Assembly: GCA_049472335.1 (NCBI GenBank)
Contig: JBLIRO010000081.1
Location: 1 to 19,970 of the forward strand
Source: a bacterium
Lineage (GTDB): Bacteria; SZUA-182; DTGQ01; JAFGSM01
Length of the DNA stretch: 19,970 nucleotides
Reading direction: 5' to 3'
The position numbers were made by a program, and so were the translations under genes. This document shows, piece by piece, positions 10,369 to 17,662 of the stretch (position 1 is the first letter of the stretch; each line of letters begins with the position of its first letter). The notes beneath the pieces are model-generated. The model had not been told where the DNA came from. It saw only the letters and a program-made list of their open reading frames with translations, and did no database searches.

Positions 10369-10398
10369 TTGATTTTTAAAAATAGAAAATGATATCAT
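10369..10398 (+). promoter_or_regulatory. Putative sigma70 promoter for DUF151-VanZ-glycosylase-HAD operon
   Basis: TTGATT-N18-TATCAT with extended TG before the -10. The region is AT-rich, so a chance match is possible. Confidence 0.45.
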
Positions 10399-10467
10399 AG
10401 TAGTATATAAAGAATAATCCTTAAGAAAAGATCCCTTCAGTGGTATCTTAAAGTGTTGGGAGGCAAT

Positions 10468-10989
10468 ATGTTAATCGAAATGAAAGTAGCGGATATAGCT
10501 ATTGATCAGATATTCAATACCCCGATTATTATCTTAAAAGACCTTTCCAACAAGCGCTCCCTTCCAATATGGGTAGGGACATTTGAAGCCCAGGCAATCC
10601 TCTTTGCTCTGAATGGAAACGGGATACCACGACCTCTGCCCTACGACATCATGAAAGAGTTGCTAACCAAATTTGAATTGAAACTTAAGAGAATAATCGT
10701 CAGTGACCTCAGAAACAATACATTTTACGCAATCATCGAACTGGTAAAAAACGGGCAGGTTATACAAATAGATTCCAGACCCAGTGATGCTATTGCACTT
10801 GCCTTGAGGGTAGGAGCCCCGATTATGGTTTCCGATATGGTCATCAAAAAGGCAAAGACTATAGATATCAGTAAAGGTCAATCCGAAAAAAAACAGAAAG
10901 GTGATCAGAAACCCGATCAGGAAGAAAAAAATCTCAAAAAATGGCTGGAGAATCTGAAACCTGAAGATTTTGGTGAATATGAGATGTAA
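10468..10989 (+). CDS. Bifunctional nuclease family protein (DUF151)
   Basis: LPIWVGTFEAQAI, PRPLPYD, IDSRPSDAIALALR. ATG at 10468 follows GGAGG. Confidence 0.9.
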   Translation: MLIEMKVADIAIDQIFNTPIIILKDLSNKRSLPIWVGTFEAQAILFALNGNGIPRPLPYDIMKELLTKFELKLKRIIVSDLRNNTFYAIIELVKNGQVIQIDSRPSDAIALALRVGAPIMVSDMVIKKAKTIDISKGQSEKKQKGDQKPDQEEKNLKKWLENLKPEDFGEYEM

Positions 10990-11383
10990 GTCGGTCCAAT
11001 TTTTTAAATACTGGTTCCCGCCTATAATTTACGCAGCTTTAATCTTTTTCCTTTCTTCAAGATCGTCCATAGACTTAGGTCCCGATATTCCTAATATTGA
11101 TAAGCTTTATCACGCTCTTATATACTTCGGCCTTGCCGTTCTTCTATGGCGGGCCTTCTACTATGCCTCACCAGCCCCCTTTAAAAAAAGGGCGATCCTG
11201 TTTGCCTTGATATTAACCGTACTTTTTGGTATTAGTGATGAATGGCATCAGCTTCATGTCGCTTTCAGACATGCTGACTTTTTTGATTTACTTTTCGATA
11301 GTATTGGGGCAAGTCTTGCCTTATTAAGTGTGAGCTGGTGGAATAATGGACAAAGAGAAAAAGAAAAATATTCGGGTCAATGA
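10979..11383 (+). CDS. VanZ family membrane protein
   Basis: IFFLSS, DKLYHALIY, SDEWHQLHVAFR, DLLFDSIGA; hydrophobic segments. Start (10970 vs 10979) uncertain. Confidence 0.85.
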   Translation: MRCKSVQFFKYWFPPIIYAALIFFLSSRSSIDLGPDIPNIDKLYHALIYFGLAVLLWRAFYYASPAPFKKRAILFALILTVLFGISDEWHQLHVAFRHADFFDLLFDSIGASLALLSVSWWNNGQREKEKYSGQ

Positions 11384-12044
11384 GGACATTCAATCCAACG
11401 GGCATTTAATCGAAATTTATCACTCACTTTTCCAAAGATTCGGTCCACAAAAATGGTGGCCTGGTGAAACCCCTTTTGAGGTAGTTGTCGGAGCCATTCT
11501 GACACAAAATACCGCATGGTCTAATGTAGCTCGCGCAATTCAAAACCTTAAAAACGCTGATTCTCTTGACCCCGAATCATTATACAATATAAACCTCCAG
11601 GAATTATGCCGGCTTATCCGTCCTTCAGGTTACTATCAGATAAAGGGAAAAAGACTCAAGGAATTCATCGGGCACCTTTTTCACAAACATGATGGTCATC
11701 TTGAAAAGATGTTCAATCAGGGCCTGAATCTCCTGAGGGAAGAGCTATTGGGAATAAAGGGCATAGGGCCTGAAACTGCCGACTCGATCATTCTCTACGC
11801 TGCGAATAAGCCTATATTTGTTGTCGACGCATATACCAAAAGGATATTTACCAGACATGGTTATCTTCCCGAAGGATGGACATATACGGAGATCCAAAAA
11901 TTTTTTATGAACAATCTTCCCGAGGATGTTCATATATATAACGAATATCATGCACTTATTGTAAGGCTGGCCAAAGAACATTGTAAAACAAGAGCAGTTT
12001 GCCATCAATGTCCGCTGGAAAATGAAAAACGACTAAAAACATAA
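11346..12044 (+). CDS. HhH-GPD superfamily DNA glycosylase (endonuclease III-related)
   Basis: GPQKWWP, GAILTQNTAWSNV, IRPSGYY, HhH LLGIKGIGPETADSI, VVDAYTKR, EYHALIV, C-terminal Cys cluster. Confidence 0.9.
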   Translation: MDKEKKKNIRVNEDIQSNGHLIEIYHSLFQRFGPQKWWPGETPFEVVVGAILTQNTAWSNVARAIQNLKNADSLDPESLYNINLQELCRLIRPSGYYQIKGKRLKEFIGHLFHKHDGHLEKMFNQGLNLLREELLGIKGIGPETADSIILYAANKPIFVVDAYTKRIFTRHGYLPEGWTYTEIQKFFMNNLPEDVHIYNEYHALIVRLAKEHCKTRAVCHQCPLENEKRLKT

Positions 12045-12055
12045 TGGGGGATTAG

Positions 12056-12778
12056 ATGCCAGAACTTAAAGCCATTTTCTTTGACATAGACGACACCCTG
12101 TTTTCTACCTCCGAATTCGCTAAAGCTGCAAGGCTCAACAGTGTTTATGCCATGATCAGGGCAGGGCTGAAATGCAATGTAAATGAATGTATACAGGAAC
12201 TCAAGGAAGTAACTGAAGAGTTTGGATCAAACTATGAGCATCACTACGATCGCCTCTTGCTAAGGCTCCCCAAAGAGAGCTATAAAGACATAAATCCGGC
12301 CATAATAGTCGCTGCCGGGGTAGTAGCATATCATCAAACCAAAAATAGCAGCTTAAGGCCATACGATGACGTTGTGGAAACCCTGCGGATACTTTCAAAA
12401 ACAGAGCTTATTCTTGGAATAATAACAGCAGGGCTGAAAATCAAACAGGCTGAAAAGCTGGTAAGACTGGATCTCCTTAAATATCTCGATCCCAGGGCCA
12501 TATTTATAACTGATCAGATCGGGATCGGGAAGCCCAATATAAAACTCTATAAAAATGCCTGTGATGCCCTGAAATTAGATCCAAAATCCTGTATGTATGT
12601 CGGAGACAATCCGATCTCAGATGTGGACCCTCCAAACAAACTCGGGATGATAACGGTCCTTAACCGAAGAAGCGGGAAATACCTTACAATAGTTGGCAAG
12701 ACCCAGCCTAAATATACTATTTCAGACATGTGGGAGCTATTAAAGATTGTTAAAGAGGATTTTAGTATATCCATTTAA
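12056..12778 (+). CDS. HAD-superfamily hydrolase (TIGR02253-like)
   Basis: Motif I FFDIDDTL, motif II GIIT, GKPN, motif IV VGDNPISD; IIVAAGVVAYH and KQAEKLVRL resemble TIGR02253. Confidence 0.85.
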   Translation: MPELKAIFFDIDDTLFSTSEFAKAARLNSVYAMIRAGLKCNVNECIQELKEVTEEFGSNYEHHYDRLLLRLPKESYKDINPAIIVAAGVVAYHQTKNSSLRPYDDVVETLRILSKTELILGIITAGLKIKQAEKLVRLDLLKYLDPRAIFITDQIGIGKPNIKLYKNACDALKLDPKSCMYVGDNPISDVDPPNKLGMITVLNRRSGKYLTIVGKTQPKYTISDMWELLKIVKEDFSISI

Positions 12779-12808
12779 CCACAAAGGCCCGGAGATTACG
12801 AAATAACA

Positions 12809-12827
12809 TTTTACGAATCCGTCATTT
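12809..12827 (-). repeat. Short REP/MITE-like repeat end
   Basis: Reverse complement aaatgacggattcgtaaaa matches 14922-14940 at 16/19 positions. Confidence 0.45.
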
Positions 12828-12905
12828 CTTAATAAACATGATAATAAGCATAATATTTCACATATTCCCTCCCTTCAATATTTGAATTTCATGTGTAACA
12901 TATTA

Positions 12906-12962
12906 TAACCTTTTGATTAATAAGAATTATTTCTTTTCATGAAGGCTGGAACATATCTTGCT
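12906..12962 (+). promoter_or_regulatory. IHF site plus sigma54 -24/-12 promoter
   Basis: TAACCTTTTGATT (12906-12918) is the reverse complement of WATCAANNNNTTR. TGGAACATATCTTGCT (12947-12962) is GG-N10-GC. Confidence 0.75.
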
Positions 12963-13029
12963 TCATTTAATTTTCGCAGACACTCATCGTTTGGGTTTTT
13001 CATTCCAGCACTTATGGGGGGGAACAGAA

Positions 13030-13713
13030 ATGCTACACCAAAAAACAACCATTAATCTTTTTACCTTTATAATTCTACAGATAATTTTATTTTCTTTGCT
13101 TCACTGTCCCGGAGCTATGTGTCAGACACAAAGCCCTTTTTCGCTGCAAACCGGTTTGCCGTTTATTTATAGTAATACATTTTCACCTTTCACCCAGACA
13201 AGCTATCCTTTTGCTCTTAATACCTTGAACAATCTCTATAATCTACAAAACATCTTTGCATCAGGACTATTTGGACGAAGCACATTACCCATAACAAACC
13301 AGGGCTTTTCCATAAACCCCTATTTAGCCGCCTCCACCTATTACGCGGCAGCATTACTTCCGGCTGATGTGGTTGGAGCATGGTCAGGGACATGGACCAG
13401 CACATTCACGTTAGTCAGTGTGAGTGGGGATATTAACCTCACATTGGTACAGGCAACAAATGAGGTGGCTGGAACCCTCATCTTTTTGACAGCCGGCCTG
13501 GTAAAGTTGGCGTGTCCGGTAGCAGGGATAATAGATGTCGATATCCTTTCAATAACGGGAAGCGGATTGCTGCCGGGTAAAACTCCTGTTCCCTATGAAA
13601 TTGTTCTCACTGCCGGGGTAACTGGTGCTGTAATGGAAGGTGAATACATAATCACCGAAACCTTATTGGGCAATGTGATAGAGCAGGGCACATTTACTGC
13701 CGGCAAACTCTAG
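13030..13713 (+). CDS. Secreted hypothetical protein: low-complexity N-terminal region plus predicted beta-rich C-terminal domain
   Basis: ATG at 13030 after a G-rich RBS (the TTG at 12958 lies inside the sigma54 motif). Signal peptide (PGAMC|Q), ~80 aa nearly uncharged, then DVVGAWSGTW…GTFTA alternating beta-strand pattern. Confidence 0.8.
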   Translation: MLHQKTTINLFTFIILQIILFSLLHCPGAMCQTQSPFSLQTGLPFIYSNTFSPFTQTSYPFALNTLNNLYNLQNIFASGLFGRSTLPITNQGFSINPYLAASTYYAAALLPADVVGAWSGTWTSTFTLVSVSGDINLTLVQATNEVAGTLIFLTAGLVKLACPVAGIIDVDILSITGSGLLPGKTPVPYEIVLTAGVTGAVMEGEYIITETLLGNVIEQGTFTAGKL

Positions 13714-13769
13714 TTGTTCCCTGTTGCTGATATGAGACCCTGCAATGCCCCGGCAGTTTTTTTATCATT

Positions 13770-14726
13770 TTACGGCAAAGAAAGCGCGATTATGGAGACC
13801 AGTATACCATGGCGGAATACGTTTGGTCTGCCGGGATTCGTTACCCCAAAGGAGCCGTCCTTTTGTTGTGACGAGATGATGAATTCTATCCCGCGCTGAA
13901 GGTTTGTAACGTCTTTCAGATCGAGCATTTTCACGCACATAATCGCCTCAGCAAGCACATCTATGTGTTTCACGGTTATAGCCCAATTAATTATCTCGTT
14001 AAATAGTTCTGAAAAAAAGGCCTGATTTTCAATAATAACAAGTGGGGGAGGCAACTCGCCGAAGTCTGTCAAAGAGAATATCTCGTGTGTCATGTCATAT
14101 ATGGTAATAGAAATAGGATCTATAAACATTGGATCGAATTGTGCTCTAACATGACGCAAGAGAAGCCGCTCACGCACCTCTCTGGAAAGAGTGCTTGAAG
14201 GCATAAGATCTCCCAGTGCCTTGGGAGGATTGTATCCCAGCCTTTCCAGATACAGCGTATTCCATATGCTTGTGGTTATGTGAGGAGGATAGAGCAAGGG
14301 ATCGGAAAGCACTTGTTCCTCTATGATTTTCCTGAAATCCAATGTTTCAATTCCCAGTTTTTCCTTAATATAAGCGATGGCAAAAAGCATTGTATATTCA
14401 CGGGAGTTTAATTTTAAATCCTTTTTTGACTCTATAAAATCATATCGTTTCTGGAGTTCCCTTAAATAATTATCTTTTTGTGAAGGAGATTTTGCATTTC
14501 TGTTCAAAATATAAAATGCGATTATCTCTTCGGATACCTCCACAAAAGCCAGTTCCATGGAAAAAAGCACCGGATGTCCGTAAATCCACACAAGCGAGTT
14601 ATCAATGGTTTCTTCAGTAATGTCCTTTTTGGTATCAGAAGATTTACCCTGCTGGCATGAAATTATAAATAGGCTTAAACTAAAAATAATACACCAACAC
14701 ACTACTTCCTTATATCTTCTTTGCAT
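13770..14726 (-). CDS. Putative lipoprotein with alpha-helical toroid-like C-terminal domain (DUF6895-like)
   Basis: Lipobox-like IIS|C after a hydrophobic stretch; THEIFSLTDFG, DVLAE, and QW-like SQQKDGSFG. RBS GGAGG on the minus strand. Family assignment is from recall. Confidence 0.7.
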   Translation of the reverse strand: MQRRYKEVVCWCIIFSLSLFIISCQQGKSSDTKKDITEETIDNSLVWIYGHPVLFSMELAFVEVSEEIIAFYILNRNAKSPSQKDNYLRELQKRYDFIESKKDLKLNSREYTMLFAIAYIKEKLGIETLDFRKIIEEQVLSDPLLYPPHITTSIWNTLYLERLGYNPPKALGDLMPSSTLSREVRERLLLRHVRAQFDPMFIDPISITIYDMTHEIFSLTDFGELPPPLVIIENQAFFSELFNEIINWAITVKHIDVLAEAIMCVKMLDLKDVTNLQRGIEFIISSQQKDGSFGVTNPGRPNVFRHGILVSIIALSLP

Positions 14727-14921
14727 GCTGTTCCTCCGCTCCCGGTGAAAGTCTGTATTACATTAAAATCTTTTCTTTCAGAAGATTACAGTTATATTAA
14801 TATATTTTAAAAAAGCTTCCAATCTTTTGGATAAAAATATACTTATGTATAATTAAAGCATATTACCCGAGAAAGTATCACTTGGTCAATTCTTATTATA
14901 ATTTAATTCTTCCATAAATTA

Positions 14922-14970
14922 AAATGACGGACTCAAAAAAAGTCTCATCAAAATTAATGCCCTTTTTTGA
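14922..14970 (+). repeat. Degenerate REP/MITE-like palindromic element
   Basis: aaatgacggactcaaaaaaagtc…ccttttttga; tcaaaaaa pairs with ttttttga; related to 12809-12827. Confidence 0.4.
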
Positions 14971-15066
14971 AGGCACTTGTAACTTAAACGAACTTAGCTC
15001 ATTAATTCAGGCTAATCCGTGCTCAATGAATTTCTAATGAAAATTGGCGGCTCAAAATTGAAAATC

Positions 15067-15095
15067 TTGACACTTTGAGCAAAATTTGTTACAAA
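15067..15095 (+). promoter_or_regulatory. Putative sigma70 promoter of tRNA-Val
   Basis: TTGACA-N17-TACAAA with extended TG, ~70 bp upstream of the tRNA. Confidence 0.55.
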
Positions 15096-15166
15096 TAACT
15101 CATATTTTACCAATTCAGATAGAATAATTATATTCTCAAAAGTTCCGAGCTTAAAAAATGACAGGT

Positions 15167-15241
15167 GGGCGATTAGCTCAGTGGGAGAGCACTGCCTTCA
15201 CACGGCAGGGGTCACTGGTTCAAGTCCAGTATCGCCTACCA
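15167..15241 (+). tRNA. tRNA-Val (anticodon CAC)
   Basis: Acceptor stem GGGCGAT/ATCGCCT, D arm GCTC…GAGC, anticodon arm CTGCC-TTCACAC-GGCAG, T arm ACTGG-TTCAAGT-CCAGT, encoded ACCA end. Confidence 0.97.
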
Positions 15242-15251
15242 TATAAAAATC

Positions 15252-15288
15252 AAGGGATTAGAGATAATATCTAATCCCTTTTATTTTT
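15252..15288 (+). terminator. Rho-independent terminator after tRNA-Val
   Basis: 11-bp perfect stem aagggattaga/tctaatccctt, 7-nt loop, followed by ttattttt. Confidence 0.75.
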
Positions 15289-15455
15289 GTCTATTTATAT
15301 TTTTCAACCCTATTTCCAACCTCTAAAGTAAAACAGTTGGCTCTTTAATCCTTCAAATACAGCAATAGTCAAAAATTATGCAGGATTCGAAACGTTGGAT
15401 GCGAACACTATACCCTCGAAAAACTCATATCAATTCACTGGAATGAAGCGCCTAA

Positions 15456-15611
15456 ACATCTAATTATTTCAACTATTACTATAACAGGAGGACACATTTA
15501 TCTTTGGATATGGATTGTCCCGAATCCAGATCAGTTCAGGCAAAAGGTAAGATCCTGGAATTCCCTGAGATCGGTGGGCTACCTCACCATTATAAAAGAT
15601 TGGCTGCTTAA
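15456..15611 (+). pseudogene. C-terminal fragment of an rve/integrase-core IS transposase (IS3/IS481-like)
   Basis: Translates SNYFNYYYNRRTHLSLDMDCPESRSVQAKGKILEFPEIGGLPHHYKRLAA*, matching the recalled YY..RTHLSL…GGLHHRY.R.AA terminus; preceded by an in-frame stop. Confidence 0.8.
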
Positions 15612-15772
15612 TCTAATATTTTAGCTATATTTTTTCGTTAATTTGGATAACTGTGCCCATTTTATGAGCATTTCTACCGCCATTTACTCTTTGCTTTAAT
15701 TTTTCCAGCAAAAACACAAATTCTCCACTAAAAAATTCTAGCTTAACCAGCATTTTTTAGCCTAAATTAATT

Positions 15773-15797
15773 ACGGATGAGTTTTTTTGGAACCACA
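15773..15797 (+). repeat. Probable right terminal inverted repeat of the IS remnant
   Basis: acggatgagtttttttggaaccaca ends in ACA-3', ~190 bp after the transposase stop. No left end found. Confidence 0.45.
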
Positions 15798-15889
15798 GGT
15801 GTCTTTTTAATTGACAAATCCTAGTTTAATGGGTGACTCCTTTGGCCACAAGTTATTTTGCCAAAATTAGAATTCCTTAGCTACTACAA

Positions 15890-15918
15890 TTGCTTCTTTA
15901 AACTTTCTATATTATGAT
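15890..15918 (+). promoter_or_regulatory. Putative sigma70 promoter of the TA pair
   Basis: TTGCTT-N17-TATGAT, ~55 bp upstream of the GTG at 15972. Confidence 0.45.
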
Positions 15919-15971
15919 TACAATGCTGCAATATTAATTTTATTTAAAGTATTATCTATGAGGAATATAAT

Positions 15972-16271
15972 GTGAAAAAGGCTTATTCAATTAATGGTGC
16001 CCCAATAAGATTAACACATGAAAGATGGTTTCATATTATTGAAAACCATGATGATATAGCAAGTTATTTTTTTGAAGTTTTAGAAACTATTGAAAAGCCA
16101 GATTTTATCATGAAAGGCAATAAAGGCACTTTGAAGGCAACCAGAAATTTTGGAAGGAATAAATGGCTTATTGTTGTTTATAAAGAGATATCCAAAGTGG
16201 ATGGTTTTGTCATAACTGCATATTTTTTAGAAAAAAAACCAAAAGGAGAATTAGTATGGCCCCAAAGGTGA
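15972..16271 (+). CDS. Putative RelE/BECR-like toxin (partner of DUF2283 protein)
   Basis: 99 aa; IRLTHERWFHIIENH, VLETIEKPD, LIVVYKE, GFVITAYF; GTG start after GAGGA; overlaps the next gene by 16 bp. Confidence 0.7.
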   Translation: MKKAYSINGAPIRLTHERWFHIIENHDDIASYFFEVLETIEKPDFIMKGNKGTLKATRNFGRNKWLIVVYKEISKVDGFVITAYFLEKKPKGELVWPQR

Positions 16272-16498
16272 AAAATGAAGAAATACTTAAAACCTGTATA
16301 GGGTTATCATCTGATATAACGAAACTTGATATTGAGAATATTTGGATTGATTATGATAAAGAAGCTGATGTGTTGTATTTAAGTTTTAGAAAACCACAGA
16401 GGGCAAAACAGACTATTGAAACAGATGATGATATATTAATTCGAAAAGATGGAAATAAGATTGTGGGCATTACAATCCTACATGCAAGCACTAGGTAA
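16256..16498 (+). CDS. DUF2283 domain protein (putative antitoxin)
   Basis: IDYDKEADVLYLSF…DILIRKDGNKIVGITIL; RBS AGGAG inside the upstream gene. Confidence 0.85.
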   Translation: MAPKVKNEEILKTCIGLSSDITKLDIENIWIDYDKEADVLYLSFRKPQRAKQTIETDDDILIRKDGNKIVGITILHASTR

Positions 16499-16898
16499 TA
16501 TTTTGATAATAAGATATCATTGTTGTTTGCCAAAATTCCATATGGGAACAAATATATCTATTCCAACATACAAATCAATCGGTTTTCTATCCTGAAAATA
16601 AAATGGATTGATGAAAGAACTGGAATATGAAAATCAATTTTTGAATCTAGTGCTGATAGAAGTTGAAGGTCAATAAAATAGGGAGGAAAAATGCCCTACC
16701 TATTTTAGCATTATTTTCCTGTTATTTATAAGATTACTCTGAATAGCTCACACCAATGTTTATAATGTATAGTTTTTGTATATAGAAAAACCAAAACAGT
16801 CCTAAAAATAACAAAAATTATTTACAATTTCTCTATTAAAAACCAAAAATTTACAAAGACATAAAAGAAATAACAAAAGCTAAATCAATCAGTTAATC

Positions 16899-16947
16899 GC
16901 CTTCACACGGCAGGGGTCACTGGTTCAAGTCCAGTATCGCCTACCAT
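16899..16947 (+). repeat. att site: duplicated 3' part of tRNA-Val
   Basis: gccttcacacggcaggggtcactggttcaagtccagtatcgcctaccat is identical to 15194-15242. Confidence 0.95.
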
Positions 16948-16975
16948 TTTTTCGATAAGTAAGCAATTTAAGTGC

Positions 16976-17041
16976 AAAGTCATCTTCGGTTATAGTTCTC
17001 ATTATAATTACAGGATGTCCATTTTCCGTTATTATCACCTC
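16976..17041 (-). pseudogene. Possible Phd/YefM antitoxin fragment
   Basis: EVIITENGHPVIIMRTITEDDF resembles the VIIT.NGKPVA.L core of Phd/YefM; the expected N-terminal half is absent. Confidence 0.4.
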
Positions 17042-17334
17042 CAAAGACAGCCGATATACTTTCAACGAAGGGCAACAGCATGAATGAATAAATAAAGCAA
17101 AAACACTGTCCCATAACCCTTTTGCTTTTATGTTGCAGAGATGTAACACTATTCTTATTTCTAACAATTTAAATAATGTGTCGATTTCTGGATCCATATT
17201 TAATTTTCTTTTTACAAGCCTTTTTTGCAATGACAATGAAAATGATATATTCTGATTAATAGCAACCCTTTTTTTAGTATTTATAATAACTTATGATTGT
17301 AAAATATACTAAATTTTGTACTGCTTTTTAACCT

Positions 17335-17371
17335 AAAAAGGTAATAATTTCAATAAATCATTACCTTTTTT
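17335..17371. terminator. Hairpin, possible bidirectional terminator
   Basis: aaaaaggtaat / attaccttttt perfect 11-bp arms plus inner attt/aaat; AT-rich and weak. Confidence 0.4.
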
Positions 17372-17662
17372 CGGTCTCTATTTATGTGCGAAACCTTGCT
17401 AATCTTATGAAAAGTTGACACTAGTGTTGAAAAAGAAGAGAGTACTTTAAACAAATAATATCTTACAAAAAAAGAATAATAGAAATTATCTTAGATGGAT
17501 TATGGGATGGTTCGGACGAAAATCCAATCTTTTGAAAATACTTTGTGTTCCCTGTATCCTTTATGGTAATTTTTATATCACAGGAATAATGAGGATACAA
17601 AGTTAATCAACTTATTATGAAAATAGATTGATATTACAAAAAAATTCTGAAGGGGGTGCAAA

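Larger units (their letters stand above)
15194..16947. mobile_element. Integrase-less mini genomic island in tRNA-Val
   Basis: Bounded by a 49-bp exact direct repeat (15194-15242 = 16899-16947); contains an IS remnant and a putative TA pair; IHF consensus sites at both inner edges. Confidence 0.85.

Noticed and set aside
16499..16880. Possible gene remnant and hairpin (16674-16707) after the TA pair
   Set aside because: No frame gave a recognisable protein, and the hairpin is weak and far from the stop codon.
16899..16946. A second tRNA-Val gene
   Set aside because: It lacks the 5' acceptor strand and D arm; it is an att duplication.
16925..17236. 103-aa minus-strand ORF as an intact gene
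   Set aside because: It runs into the att repeat, lacks a convincing start/RBS, and only a ~22-aa part resembles a known family.
17385..17400. TGTGCGAAACCTTGCT as a sigma54 promoter for the beta-helix gene
   Set aside because: GT replaces the invariant GG and it is ~260 bp from the start codon.
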